Assembly: GCA_964563005.1 (NCBI GenBank)
Contig: CAZLXE010000007.1
Location: 21,124-46,811, forward strand
Length of the DNA: 25,688 nt
Reading direction: 5' to 3'
DNA from: an uncultured Isosphaeraceae bacterium
Lineage (GTDB): Bacteria; Planctomycetota; Phycisphaerae; Phycisphaerales; SM1A02
The position numbers and the translations under genes are program-made. The notes under the pieces are model-generated. The model had not been told where the DNA came from, did not search any database, and saw nothing but the letters and a program-made list of their open reading frames with translations. Of this stretch, positions 17,284 to 25,688 are shown piece after piece. Position 1 is the first letter of the stretch; every line of letters begins with the position of its first letter.

Positions 17284-17640
17284 TTATGACAGTATCTTCT
17301 CCAGGGCCTGATCGGGGGTGTCGACGATGGTGAACACCATATCCAGCCGGGCAATCTCAAACACCGAATGCACCCGCTCCTGCAGGCCGCAGAGAATGAG
17401 GCGACTGCCCACCCGGCGGGCCGTCTGCATGGCTTCGATGAGGGTGGCCACGCCGGAGGAGTCCATATAGGGGACATCGATGAGGTTGACAATGAGAGCC
17501 GTGGGTTTTTCCCGGGCGGCCCGGTTGAGATGGGTACGGAGGGCGGGCGAGCGGCCGAGATCGATTTCCCCCTGCGGACGGAGGAGTATCGCTCCGTCAG
17601 AGGTGTTGCGAATGATGTCGATCGTGTCCGGGTCGTGCAT
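17284..17640 (-). CDS. STAS-domain anti-sigma-factor antagonist (SpoIIAA/RsbV-like) with conserved phosphorylatable Ser
   Basis: 118 aa from ATG 17638–17640. The motif DVPYMDSSGVATLIEAM matches the DSSG(L/V) phosphoserine loop of SpoIIAA/RsbV. The start ATG overlaps the upstream kinase stop (TGATG). Confidence 0.8.
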   Translation of the reverse strand: MHDPDTIDIIRNTSDGAILLRPQGEIDLGRSPALRTHLNRAAREKPTALIVNLIDVPYMDSSGVATLIEAMQTARRVGSRLILCGLQERVHSVFEIARLDMVFTIVDTPDQALEKILS

Positions 17641-18140
17641 CACTGTTTCCTCAGAGCGGCGGGGAGGGTGTCTTCGGGAACCTTGGTGCCTTCAGGCGTG
17701 GGGGCGATGCGCTTCATCATGGAGAGACGCATGCCGCCCTCCTCGCGCTTTTCGTAGGTTACTTCATCCATCACTTCTCGGATAATGAACACGCCCAGAC
17801 CGCCGGGACGAATGTCATCAAGATCACGCGATTGAATGGTATCCGACTCCACCTGACGGGCGTTGTCTTCAAGGATGATTCGAATCCCCGCTGGTTTCTC
17901 TTCATCTGCCTCCAACATCCAGATGCTCATCCAGATCAACCCTTCGGGAGAGCGGTCATACCCGTGCTTGATGATGTTGCATAATGCCTCATCCACAGCG
18001 AGCGAGAGTTGGCCGCACTGATGCTCGGGAAAGCCCAGCCGTTGGGCCAGATTCGCCACCATCGCCCGTGTGCCGGAAAGAAAACGCGGCTGACTGAGCA
18101 GTTCAACCCGGACATGCGGTCGCCCAAATGTTTTACTCAT
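17640..18140 (-). CDS. RsbW/SpoIIAB-type anti-sigma factor serine protein kinase (GHKL/HATPase_c)
   Basis: 166 aa. N-box LAVDEALCNIIKHG and G-box DIRPGGLGVFIIREVMDEV are present. ATG at 18138–18140 is preceded by AAAGGGGA. The start codon lies inside the last 8 nt of the upstream HEAT-repeat ORF, and the stop overlaps the STAS gene start. Confidence 0.8.
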   Translation of the reverse strand: MSKTFGRPHVRVELLSQPRFLSGTRAMVANLAQRLGFPEHQCGQLSLAVDEALCNIIKHGYDRSPEGLIWMSIWMLEADEEKPAGIRIILEDNARQVESDTIQSRDLDDIRPGGLGVFIIREVMDEVTYEKREEGGMRLSMMKRIAPTPEGTKVPEDTLPAALRKQ

Positions 18141-18462
18141 CTCGATCCCCTTTCACATACGCCACCCAGCGTTCCACGGCGGGATTCCGCTCTGAACGAG
18201 CCACTTCATACTGGTAGTCAAAGGTTTCTCCCGTCAGGCGACGCAATGCCTCGATGGCCACCATGCGGACAATAGTATCTTCGGAGTCGAGTTGGGCCAC
18301 AATGTCAGGCACTTTGCTCGCATCCCCCGCATGGACCGCCCGCTCGATGGCGTACAATTTCGAGGCGGAGTCGGGGGCATCAAAACCACCCTTATACACC
18401 GGCGGGGCGCACGAGGTGGCCAGAAGCAGGGTGGCAGGGATGAAGAAATGGGGGGAGATCAC
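18133..18462 (-). CDS. Small HEAT-repeat (PBS-lyase-like) protein, possible lipoprotein; start uncertain
   Basis: The C-terminal 80 aa form two HEAT-like repeats ([23 protein letters not shown] / [21 protein letters not shown]). The stop TAA overlaps the kinase ATG (ATGAGTAA), which argues the ORF is translated. I chose the GTG at 18460–18462, giving [18 protein letters not shown] with a lipobox-like ATSC, but this N-terminus lacks a basic n-region. The longer track ORF to 18630 would overlap guaA. Confidence 0.4.
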   Translation of the reverse strand: MISPHFFIPATLLLATSCAPPVYKGGFDAPDSASKLYAIERAVHAGDASKVPDIVAQLDSEDTIVRMVAIEALRRLTGETFDYQYEVARSERNPAVERWVAYVKGDRDE

Positions 18463-18569
18463 GCCTACAGGATACGAAGATGGACCCGCCGGGGCAAAGT
18501 GAGGTGGAGATGAGGCGAAGAAAGGCGGGTTGCGATACAATGACCGATTCCCCTGAGTGCCTTCATCTG

Positions 18570-20198
18570 ATGTCTGTTTCACCCACCCCATCTTCACCTG
18601 CATCCCCACCGAATACCCGGAATTCCCCAAAATCCCCGGAAATTCACCATCATCCCCACGATGAGGTCATCCTCATCCTCGATTTCGGCAGCCAGTACGC
18701 TCAACTCATCGCCCGAAGAGTGCGGGAAGCGGGGGCGTTCAGCCGTCTGGTGGCGCCGGATGCCCCATTGAGCGAATTGAGGGGGTATGGAGCAAAAGGA
18801 ATTATTCTGTCCGGCGGGCCTTCGAGTGTGAATGCCCCAGGCGCCCCGACCTGTGACCCCGGTATTTTCGAGTTGGGCATTCCCATCCTCGGCATCTGCT
18901 ATGGGATGCAACTCGGCTGCCAAATGCTGGGCTGCGATGTGAGTAAATCTGCGACGCGGGAGTATGGACGGGCCCGTCTGGATGTTTCAAATCGATCCGG
19001 ATTATTCGGCGACATCCCTTCGCTGACCACCGTATGGATGAGTCACGGCGATCAGGTGATGGGACTGGGCGGCGCATTTGAAACTCTGGCGAGCACGCCA
19101 ACCTGTCCGCATGCCGCGGTGCGCCATCGGGAGCACCCGTTTTATGGACTGCAGTTTCACCCCGAGGTCACCCATACGCCGCACGGGGTAGACATGCTCC
19201 GGAACTTTTTGTACCAGGTGTGCCAGTGCAAGAATGTCTGGCGGATGGCGGACTTCATGGATGATCAGTGCGCAATGATTCGCCAGAGCGTGGCGGATGA
19301 TCGAGTCATCTGCGGCTTGAGTGGGGGGGTGGATTCGTCCGTGGTGGCGGCATTGCTCAACCGGGCGATCGGGGATCAACTCACCTGCATCTTTGTGGAC
19401 AATGGCTTGCTGCGAAAGAACGAGCGGGAACTGGTGGAAGCGACTTTCCGGGATCATTTCCATCTCGATCTGCGGGTGATCGACGCCGCCGATGATTTTC
19501 TCGATGACCTCAGGGGCGTGGAAGATCCCCAGGAGAAACGACGCCTCATTGGCCACCGGTTCATCAAAGTATTTCAGCAGGCGGCGGCGGAAGCACATAA
19601 GGGAGTCAAGTTTCTCGCCCAGGGGACACTCTATCCCGATGTCATCGAATCCGGGCATGGACACGCAGGAACGGCGGCGAATATCAAATTGCATCACAAT
19701 GTGGGGGGCTTGCCGGATGATCTGGGATTTGAACTTGTCGAGCCACTTCGGGATTTGTTCAAGGATGAAGTACGGGCGTTAGGTGAAGTGCTCGGTCTGC
19801 CTTCTCAGATAGTCTGGCGTCACCCATTTCCCGGCCCGGGGTTGGCGGTACGGGTGATCGGCGAGGTAACACCCGAGAAACTTTCGGTGTTACGCGACTG
19901 CGATGAAATATTGCTGGAGGAAATCGTTGCGAACAACCTCTATCGCTCCACGGATCAGGTGTTTGCGGTGCTGCTCCCGGTGCAGTCGGTGGGGGTGATG
20001 GGCGATGGGCGCACTTATGAACGCACGGTAGCCATACGGGCGGTGGAAACGCAGGACTTCATGACCGCCGACTGGGCGCGAATTCCCTACGATGTGCTAG
20101 CAACCATCAGCAATCGCATTATCAATGAAGTCACCGGGGTCAACCGGGTCGTCTATGACATCAGTTCCAAACCACCCGCGACGATTGAATGGGAATAA
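18570..20198 (+). CDS. guaA: GMP synthase (glutamine-hydrolysing)
   Basis: Class-I GATase domain starts at [22 protein letters not shown] with catalytic Cys in [11 protein letters not shown]-pyrophosphatase PP-loop SGGVDSSV is present. The GMP-synthase C-terminal dimerisation domain ends ...[14 protein letters not shown]...KPPATIEWE. The first in-frame ATG giving a sensible length is 18570, which yields a ~30-aa Pro/Ser-rich N-terminal extension. The true start might be a downstream non-ATG codon. Confidence 0.9.
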   Translation: MSVSPTPSSPASPPNTRNSPKSPEIHHHPHDEVILILDFGSQYAQLIARRVREAGAFSRLVAPDAPLSELRGYGAKGIILSGGPSSVNAPGAPTCDPGIFELGIPILGICYGMQLGCQMLGCDVSKSATREYGRARLDVSNRSGLFGDIPSLTTVWMSHGDQVMGLGGAFETLASTPTCPHAAVRHREHPFYGLQFHPEVTHTPHGVDMLRNFLYQVCQCKNVWRMADFMDDQCAMIRQSVADDRVICGLSGGVDSSVVAALLNRAIGDQLTCIFVDNGLLRKNERELVEATFRDHFHLDLRVIDAADDFLDDLRGVEDPQEKRRLIGHRFIKVFQQAAAEAHKGVKFLAQGTLYPDVIESGHGHAGTAANIKLHHNVGGLPDDLGFELVEPLRDLFKDEVRALGEVLGLPSQIVWRHPFPGPGLAVRVIGEVTPEKLSVLRDCDEILLEEIVANNLYRSTDQVFAVLLPVQSVGVMGDGRTYERTVAIRAVETQDFMTADWARIPYDVLATISNRIINEVTGVNRVVYDISSKPPATIEWE

Positions 20199-20215
20199 AG
20201 AATCGGGCCCGCCTG

Positions 20216-22033
20216 CTAGTCGTCATCGTTTGAAGCGTCGAGGAGATATGCCTTCATGATGAATCCCTCATCGGTGGATCGCCAGATGCCCCCGCCAGGC
20301 CCGATGTAGCGCCGGAGCATGTCGAAATCAAGGTTGGCAAGCGGGTTGGTTTCCTTTTTCATGTCGGCTTCCATTTCCGCCGCCATCTCCGGATCAAACT
20401 CTCGAAACTGCTCTATCATCGCCTTTTGTTGGGCCACCTGAGCAGCCAACATGGCTTCCCACCCATCAACCGTCAGGGCATATTGCCAGGCAACGACCGG
20501 TTCCGCGGGTAGGGTTGTAAGCATGCGACGATACGATGGATCATCTTCAAGCCCGCCCGGTCCCCCACGACTCAACGCCCGCAATCCCGCCTCTACGGCA
20601 CTCCCCCCACCAATGAGAATATGGCGTCCTCCGATGCCCAAAGCGATTTCAGATCCCCCCATCCCCATCCCCATCATGCCCATATCCACAGAGTAAATTC
20701 GCATACCCAGAAAATCGCGCGGTTCCATCCCCATCATGGGGGCATATTCAGCCAAAGCCGTTTCAAATTGTTCCGGTTTTGTACATTCCACTGCGAAACA
20801 TTGACCGATGGAATCTGCGGTGATCGGTCGCGTCATCGATTGAGCGACCCACACCCGGGTTCCGAGAGCGGAGGTAAAACGATCAATGGAGGCAATGAAT
20901 TCCTCGCCCTGTTCCCTTTGCGGGGGACCGATCATGGGGACAACCTTCAGAATATCCCGCAGAACATTCGCGAGCGCAGGAAAATCAAAATTGACCCGAC
21001 TCAAATTATAAGTGTTCGCCCCGACGAATGAGGGAACGCGTTCGATCGGAGTTTCGTGAGCAAGCAGGGTAGACAGACCGGCCTTTCCGTTCGGCATGGA
21101 GATGAACATGGTGGATTCCATCATCGCCTGAGGACTTTTAAGATTCATACTCATACCCATACCGTCAATTTCGCCGAGAGCCGCCTTCAGCACCGGTGTC
21201 GCCATCATCGACATGTTCATGGGATCAAAGACCGCGACCAGCTTGGGCAGATTGGCCGTGAGAATCATCGACCACATGTCGGGGTTTTTGTCGAGTTGAG
21301 CCATCATACTGCGGTAGTCATCTCGCTCTGAAGCAACGGATGCCTGCTCACCTCCAATGACTTCCAGAGCGGCGGTGATGGAGCCGAGGTCATTGCCCGC
21401 CAGAAATACCCTGCCCGCCCGGACAATATGGAATTCCGGGTGTTCACCCAGAATGGAATTGAGATCAGGCATGAAGCCGCCATCCATCATGCCTCCGAAT
21501 TCATCTTCATCTGCTTCTTCATCTGCCGGCTCTTCTACGGCACGAACTGTGTAGATGGTGTGGCCGAGGATTTTTCGCGTTTCAAACTCGATGTTTCCCT
21601 CATCGCCTGCTTTTTCGAGAACGGATTCGAGAACAGTTCCCATTCCCTCCGCTCCCTTGCCGTAATCGGCAGTCAAAAGAACACCGAGCGTGGGGGTTCC
21701 GGTTTCCTCATTCCGATATCCATACACAGCAATACCCGCCGCTCCGGTGGGGAGCACGAAGTCCTCTTTCTCAACCTCCAGCATGGCGGCCATTTCCTCC
21801 AGCCCTTCATTCAGATGTTCCTCTATTTCACGCCGCATTTTGATCACCTGATCCGAACGCCACAGATCTCCCAGGGGGGACTTGAGGAAGCGATCCTTCG
21901 ATTCCTCCAGATTGCGCACACTCATCAAAAAGACCGAGTCATCCGGGGCGAGGTCTTCAATACTCGTTTGCCCAGAAAGAGAACTAACCAGCAGGAACAG
22001 GGGGAGAAGAATGGTGAGAATTGTTCGCTTCAC
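20216..22033 (-). CDS. Secreted hypothetical protein (605 aa) with Met-rich segments
   Basis: GTG start at 22031–22033 with GGAAGG ~9 nt upstream. Signal peptide MKRTILTILLPLFLLVSSLSGQ. Met-rich stretches include DPMNMSMMATP, GMGMSMNLKSPQAMMESTMFISMP and the striking YAPMMGMEPRDFLGMRIYSVDMGMMGMGMGG. The C-terminal half is acidic. No catalytic motif recognised. Confidence 0.65.
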   Translation of the reverse strand: MKRTILTILLPLFLLVSSLSGQTSIEDLAPDDSVFLMSVRNLEESKDRFLKSPLGDLWRSDQVIKMRREIEEHLNEGLEEMAAMLEVEKEDFVLPTGAAGIAVYGYRNEETGTPTLGVLLTADYGKGAEGMGTVLESVLEKAGDEGNIEFETRKILGHTIYTVRAVEEPADEEADEDEFGGMMDGGFMPDLNSILGEHPEFHIVRAGRVFLAGNDLGSITAALEVIGGEQASVASERDDYRSMMAQLDKNPDMWSMILTANLPKLVAVFDPMNMSMMATPVLKAALGEIDGMGMSMNLKSPQAMMESTMFISMPNGKAGLSTLLAHETPIERVPSFVGANTYNLSRVNFDFPALANVLRDILKVVPMIGPPQREQGEEFIASIDRFTSALGTRVWVAQSMTRPITADSIGQCFAVECTKPEQFETALAEYAPMMGMEPRDFLGMRIYSVDMGMMGMGMGGSEIALGIGGRHILIGGGSAVEAGLRALSRGGPGGLEDDPSYRRMLTTLPAEPVVAWQYALTVDGWEAMLAAQVAQQKAMIEQFREFDPEMAAEMEADMKKETNPLANLDFDMLRRYIGPGGGIWRSTDEGFIMKAYLLDASNDDD

Positions 22034-22135
22034 AGTTGAGGCCTTCCAAGAGAGAATTCAGGGTGAGGAATAACAGACTTATTGGCGAAAATTGTACCCA
22101 TGAGCCAAATTCCGGTTGACGAATTGCTCGTCATA

Positions 22136-23128
22136 CTAATTTTCAGTGTCACCGGATCCATCCTTCAGTTGCGGTGCATCGCTGAATGTTTTTCGTGGTG
22201 GGGGATCCAGATAGTTGTACCCGGAGTTGGGATTGTTCTTGTCAAAGGCGAACGCCTCACGGTTGCGGATGAAATCTTTGACATACCGGCCGGGGATTGC
22301 AAATCCGAGGGCTTCGCCTCCCAGAATACCCATGTTGGTGATGCCGATTACCTCGCCTTTGGTGTTGAAGAGGGGGCCGCCGGAATTTCCAGGATTAATG
22401 GCCGCGTCCGTCTGAATATAGGTAATACCTTCAAAATTTCTGCTGGTTGTTGAAACGACACCCTGACTGAGTGATCGCTCCAATCCTAATGGGTTTCCGA
22501 TGGCAAAGACGGTCTGCCCGATGTCGATTTTCTCCCCGTTTGTTCCCAATTGAAGCGGGGCAAAATCGAACGCTCCATGATTCGGATGAGTGATGCGTAA
22601 CAGGGCAAGGTCGATGTGATTGTTAACGGCGATGATTTCAATGTCCTCTATCTCCATGCGTTTCAGCGTGCCATCTTCCTGAGGAAACCACACGGTGCAC
22701 CGGATACGAGTCTCACCTTGCACGACATGAGCGTTGGTAATTGCGTATCCCCGAGAATTGATGATGACACCAGACCCCAATCCCCGAGGCGTGGACACTT
22801 TAATAACCGCCGGACCGATCCGCTTCGCCTGCTCCTTTGGAGTTAACTCGGGAAGATTGCCCGCGGTATGAAACAACGATTCCTGATTCATGACGATGCG
22901 AGCGCCGCTCTCTTCAGATTCCACTCGCTCGATGTCCCCCATACGGAATTCCAGAATCTCCGGCCCCACATCAAGCCACAGTTTATGCTCCGTCCGTTTC
23001 AACACCGTCCCTTGAAGAGCGTGTCCACTCTTAAGGAACACAGTATCTCCACACACCTGCAATGGGAAGGCGAAACACAGGGTGACAGAAAAGAGAAGGA
23101 ATGCACGGCGAAAGTGAATCATAATCAT
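22136..23128 (-). CDS. Trypsin-like serine protease, S1C (HtrA/DegP-like) family without PDZ domain
   Basis: Catalytic triad motifs are in canonical order: TNAHVV (His), DLALLRI (Asp), GNSGGPLF (Ser), plus the GSGVII oxyanion/entry motif. I place the start at ATG 23126–23128 (MIMIHFRRAFLLFSVTLCFAFPLQVCG, a signal peptide) rather than the track start at 23164. The ~70-aa N-terminal domain before the protease fold is unassigned. Confidence 0.85.
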   Translation of the reverse strand: MIMIHFRRAFLLFSVTLCFAFPLQVCGDTVFLKSGHALQGTVLKRTEHKLWLDVGPEILEFRMGDIERVESEESGARIVMNQESLFHTAGNLPELTPKEQAKRIGPAVIKVSTPRGLGSGVIINSRGYAITNAHVVQGETRIRCTVWFPQEDGTLKRMEIEDIEIIAVNNHIDLALLRITHPNHGAFDFAPLQLGTNGEKIDIGQTVFAIGNPLGLERSLSQGVVSTTSRNFEGITYIQTDAAINPGNSGGPLFNTKGEVIGITNMGILGGEALGFAIPGRYVKDFIRNREAFAFDKNNPNSGYNYLDPPPRKTFSDAPQLKDGSGDTEN

Positions 23129-23249
23129 AGTGTAGCATTCTTTATGCTTTGACATCCAGTTCACCTCTCAAACCCTCCCCCTCCACCGAAGAAGCCCATC
23201 GAATCCGAATCGCAATCCATTCCCGGGCTCGGTTTGCTACCATGATTCC

Positions 23250-25688
23250 ATGAATCGCATCATCTCCACCCCCCATACCGTCGGCATTTTCTTCTTCTTC
23301 CTCTGCTTGAGTTCAGGAGTTCTTTCCGCACAATCTCAGCATCCACCACTCTCTGATTATTTCGGCTTTGACGGGCTTGAAATCATCAAAATAGGGCGAG
23401 GAGCGGGCCCAATGATTGTTCAGGATATGAACGGCGATGGATTATCCGACCTTATTGTGGTCAACAACCGAAAAAGCAGAATTGAACTGCATATCCAGAA
23501 ACGGGGGGCATCGGCTGAAGATCCGGTCGTGACTCCCGACCGGATCAACGAGTTTCCCGAGCATTGGCGGTATCGACGGGAGAATGTCGCCGTCTCCCAC
23601 CGAGTGGCTGCAATTCAAGCCCATGATTTTGATCGGGATGGCTTGATGGATATAATTTATGCCGGAGCACCGGGAGAACTGGTTTTTCTGCGTCAATCAT
23701 CCCCCGGGGTCTACAAAGTCTCTCGAAAGCATCGCATCAAGAATTTGGGAGCGACGCGGAATGGATTTGCTATTTCTGATGTGGTTGGCGACCGTGAGCC
23801 AGAACTTGTGTTTCTGGTGAATGGAGAAATTCATTTGCGCACGCTGGATAATGATCGTCTCGGTCCGGCACGCAAACTGTCGGCAGGATCAAATCTGATC
23901 GCTTTCATTCTGGAGGATTTCAATGGGGATGGGCGGCTCGATGTCCTGGGGGCAATACCCGAAGATCCGGCCCCGTTGCGATTGTGGCTGGGGGAACCGA
24001 AGGGATCAGCAGATGAAAAGTCATTAGGGTCGCAAGTTCGGTTTGAGATGCCTTCTCTGCATGACTTCGCCGCCGTACGGGTTCCGGGAATGAAAGGAGC
24101 CAAACTTGCCGTTCTGGAACGGGCAGCAAAGCGGCTCATCATCAGTCGGGTGGCGACCGAAACGATTGAATCAACCGGCGATCGGGAAGCGGCTATTCGT
24201 GTGCGGAGTTTCACCGACGCGGGGAATCGGAAACGGAGCCATGCTGTGGTTGATGTGGATGGCGATGGTCTGCTCGATCTGCTCGCCACCGACACTCGGG
24301 CGAACGCCTTGGTGGTCTATGGACAGCAGGAAGGCAAGGGAATGCAGGCGGGACAATCGTATCCCTCGCTGTCAGACCTCATCTCGATCGCCGCCGGGAA
24401 TGTGGATGACGATACCTATGCGGAAATATTTGTATTGTCGGAAAAAGAGGGTGTGGTGGGACGATGCGATCCACAGATGGGAGTCGATGGCATTCGCATT
24501 CCCCTTCCCAAACCCATTCCGGTCAAGGAGGGGCATACGCCGGTGGCGATGAATCTTTTAGACTTGGATGGCGAACACCACTTGGCGGTAATTTCCAAAT
24601 CCGGGCGCAAGCATGTATTGGAGATCATCGACCTGGCGAGTGGAACCGGAGTGTCCAACGACCGGGAAGTGGTTGATCTGGGCACGCTCAGTCGCTCACC
24701 TGAAACCATTCTGGCTCTCGACGCCAATCAGGATGGGCACACAGATCTGCTCCTCTTTACCCGGGACAAGCCCATGATGATGATTCAGGCCAATGCCAAT
24801 ACTGAAGAAGGTGAGGTTTTTACCTTGCTGGAATCCAAAGAAATGGGGCAATATGGTCTGGTGAAAGCAGCCACGGCAGACAATACCACCATCTTTGACA
24901 TCGATGGGGATGGCAAGGATGAACTGCTTATTGCCGACAAAAACTTCGTGCGGGCCGTGCGGTATGACCCCACCCCCGAGGCCGGGGTGAGCGCGGGCTG
25001 GCAGGTGGTGACCCAGATCAATGCGGCTGATCCCACGGCGAAACTGGTTGCGCTGGTGGCATTGGCAAATGACTGCATTGCCGCCGCGGATACTGAAAAC
25101 GACCGCCTGATCATGATGATTCCCACCCCCGGATCTTCCGAGTCATCCAACTCACCGGACTTTGAATCCTCCCGTGGAAGCTGGATCGAAGCGGATGCCA
25201 TCACCATTCGAGGATTCGACTTCAAAACCATTCATGCCGGCTCGTTTACCGGCGGTGAAATTGGAGAAATACCCGGCGATAGCAAGAAAACCGGAAAAGA
25301 CACCTTGCTCGCCGTGGGAGATGACGGCTTTGCCGTCGTGCGGCTAGCGGGGGAACGAATCGCCCTGCGGGAGGAAAATATTTGGCGGCCGGATGATGAA
25401 CGAAGGGTGTACCACGAATTCGCGGAGGGAGACCTCAATAGTGATGGTCGCCCTGATCTCATCGCACTCGACGCGGGAGAACAGATGTGCGATATATTTA
25501 CCTTTACTGAAACCGGAACCCTCCTCCACGCCCTGGGATTCAAAGTCTTTGAGTCCCGCCTGTTCTCGGGAGGCGACACCCGGCAATTCGAGCCAAGCAT
25601 GGCCCTTATTCAGGATGTGACCGGCGATGGAGCAAACGACCTGATTCTCCTCGCCCACGACCGAGTCCTGCTCTATCCCCAGATGACC
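23250..25688 (+). CDS. Large secreted FG-GAP/VCBS-repeat (beta-propeller) protein, 3'-truncated by the window edge
   Basis: My own translation from ATG 23250 stays open to the end of the window (over 810 aa). It is absent from the ORF track, presumably because it has no stop in the window. Signal peptide MNRIISTPHTVGIFFFFLCLSSGVLSAQ. At least seven Ca-binding-type FG-GAP motifs are present: DMNGDGLSDL, DFDRDGLMDI, DFNGDGRLDV, DVDGDGLLDL, DIDGDGKDEL, DLNSDGRPDL, DVTGDGANDL. The minus-strand track ORFs inside it are Arg/Ser/Pro-rich artefacts. Confidence 0.8.
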   Translation, partial: MNRIISTPHTVGIFFFFLCLSSGVLSAQSQHPPLSDYFGFDGLEIIKIGRGAGPMIVQDMNGDGLSDLIVVNNRKSRIELHIQKRGASAEDPVVTPDRINEFPEHWRYRRENVAVSHRVAAIQAHDFDRDGLMDIIYAGAPGELVFLRQSSPGVYKVSRKHRIKNLGATRNGFAISDVVGDREPELVFLVNGEIHLRTLDNDRLGPARKLSAGSNLIAFILEDFNGDGRLDVLGAIPEDPAPLRLWLGEPKGSADEKSLGSQVRFEMPSLHDFAAVRVPGMKGAKLAVLERAAKRLIISRVATETIESTGDREAAIRVRSFTDAGNRKRSHAVVDVDGDGLLDLLATDTRANALVVYGQQEGKGMQAGQSYPSLSDLISIAAGNVDDDTYAEIFVLSEKEGVVGRCDPQMGVDGIRIPLPKPIPVKEGHTPVAMNLLDLDGEHHLAVISKSGRKHVLEIIDLASGTGVSNDREVVDLGTLSRSPETILALDANQDGHTDLLLFTRDKPMMMIQANANTEEGEVFTLLESKEMGQYGLVKAATADNTTIFDIDGDGKDELLIADKNFVRAVRYDPTPEAGVSAGWQVVTQINAADPTAKLVALVALANDCIAAADTENDRLIMMIPTPGSSESSNSPDFESSRGSWIEADAITIRGFDFKTIHAGSFTGGEIGEIPGDSKKTGKDTLLAVGDDGFAVVRLAGERIALREENIWRPDDERRVYHEFAEGDLNSDGRPDLIALDAGEQMCDIFTFTETGTLLHALGFKVFESRLFSGGDTRQFEPSMALIQDVTGDGANDLILLAHDRVLLYPQMT

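Noticed and set aside
16385-17289. ORFs 16385..17035(-), 16463..17065(+), 16645..17289(+), 16755..17096(-) overlapping mlaE
   Set aside because: Extreme Arg/Pro/Gly/His composition (for example RRGEHRRRDRHHGGGRR). They are alternative frames or antisense of the well-supported MlaE permease ORF.
19002-19697. 231-aa minus-strand ORF inside guaA
   Set aside because: It is antisense to a gene with conserved GATase and PP-loop motifs.
20199-20215. Short palindrome CGGGCCCG between convergent guaA and the 605-aa gene as a bidirectional terminator
   Set aside because: The 4-bp stem has no loop and no flanking T or A run, so it is too weak to call a terminator.
23442-25600. Minus-strand ORFs 23442..23696, 23831..24295, 24785..25231, 25232..25600
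   Set aside because: They lie inside and antisense to the long FG-GAP repeat ORF that I translated by hand. Their Ser/Arg/Pro-rich composition is typical of antisense frames.
1-25688. Looked for CRISPR arrays, IS elements or transposases, integrases, phage genes, tRNA/rRNA and toxin–antitoxin or restriction-modification-like defence genes
   Set aside because: I found no repeat-spacer periodicity, no transposase or integrase motifs, no long terminal inverted repeats, and intergenic regions too short and unstructured for tRNAs. The window looks like core chromosomal rather than mobile DNA.

Overview
This 25.7 kb window is high-GC (about 58–60%, estimated by eye) and densely coding. It looks like chromosomal bacterial DNA. 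I saw no transposase, integrase, CRISPR array, tRNA or rRNA. The many large secreted or membrane proteins and FG-GAP repeats loosely suggest a Planctomycetota/PVC-like organism (low confidence). I support 20 protein-coding genes from motifs read directly in the translations, plus one doubtful 51-aa upstream ORF. (1) At the minus-strand 5' end, a putative operon encodes a 1573-aa secreted multicopper-oxidase (MCO)-like protein with several cupredoxin copper-ligand motifs (HxHxH, HCHxxxHxxxxM, HDH). It is followed by an 821-aa membrane protein with a signal peptide and internal transmembrane (TM) hairpin, and an ABC-2-type ATPase with Walker A/B and signature motifs. (2) A small membrane ORF and an M20 metallopeptidase follow, together with a Zn-ribbon/TM miniprotein. 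(3) Next come a hypothetical protein, a MauE/DoxX-like membrane domain fused to a CxxC thioredoxin domain that carries an in-frame C9 homopolymer, an RmlC-like cupin, and 4-hydroxyphenylpyruvate dioxygenase. (4) A flotillin-like SPFH protein follows, with a possible 51-aa upstream ORF ending in ATGA overlap with its start, and a strong GC-rich rho-independent terminator after it. (5) A translationally coupled minus-strand operon encodes a HEAT-repeat protein, an RsbW/SpoIIAB-type serine kinase, a phosphorylatable STAS anti-sigma antagonist, and an orphan MlaE permease with no MlaF/MlaD in the window. (6) The remainder holds GMP synthase (guaA), a Met-rich 605-aa secreted protein downstream of a PDZ-less S1C (HtrA-like) protease, and the 5' part of a large FG-GAP/VCBS-repeat secreted protein that runs off the window. 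The most interesting candidates are the giant MCO with its membrane/ABC partners, and the partner-switching module wired to MlaE.
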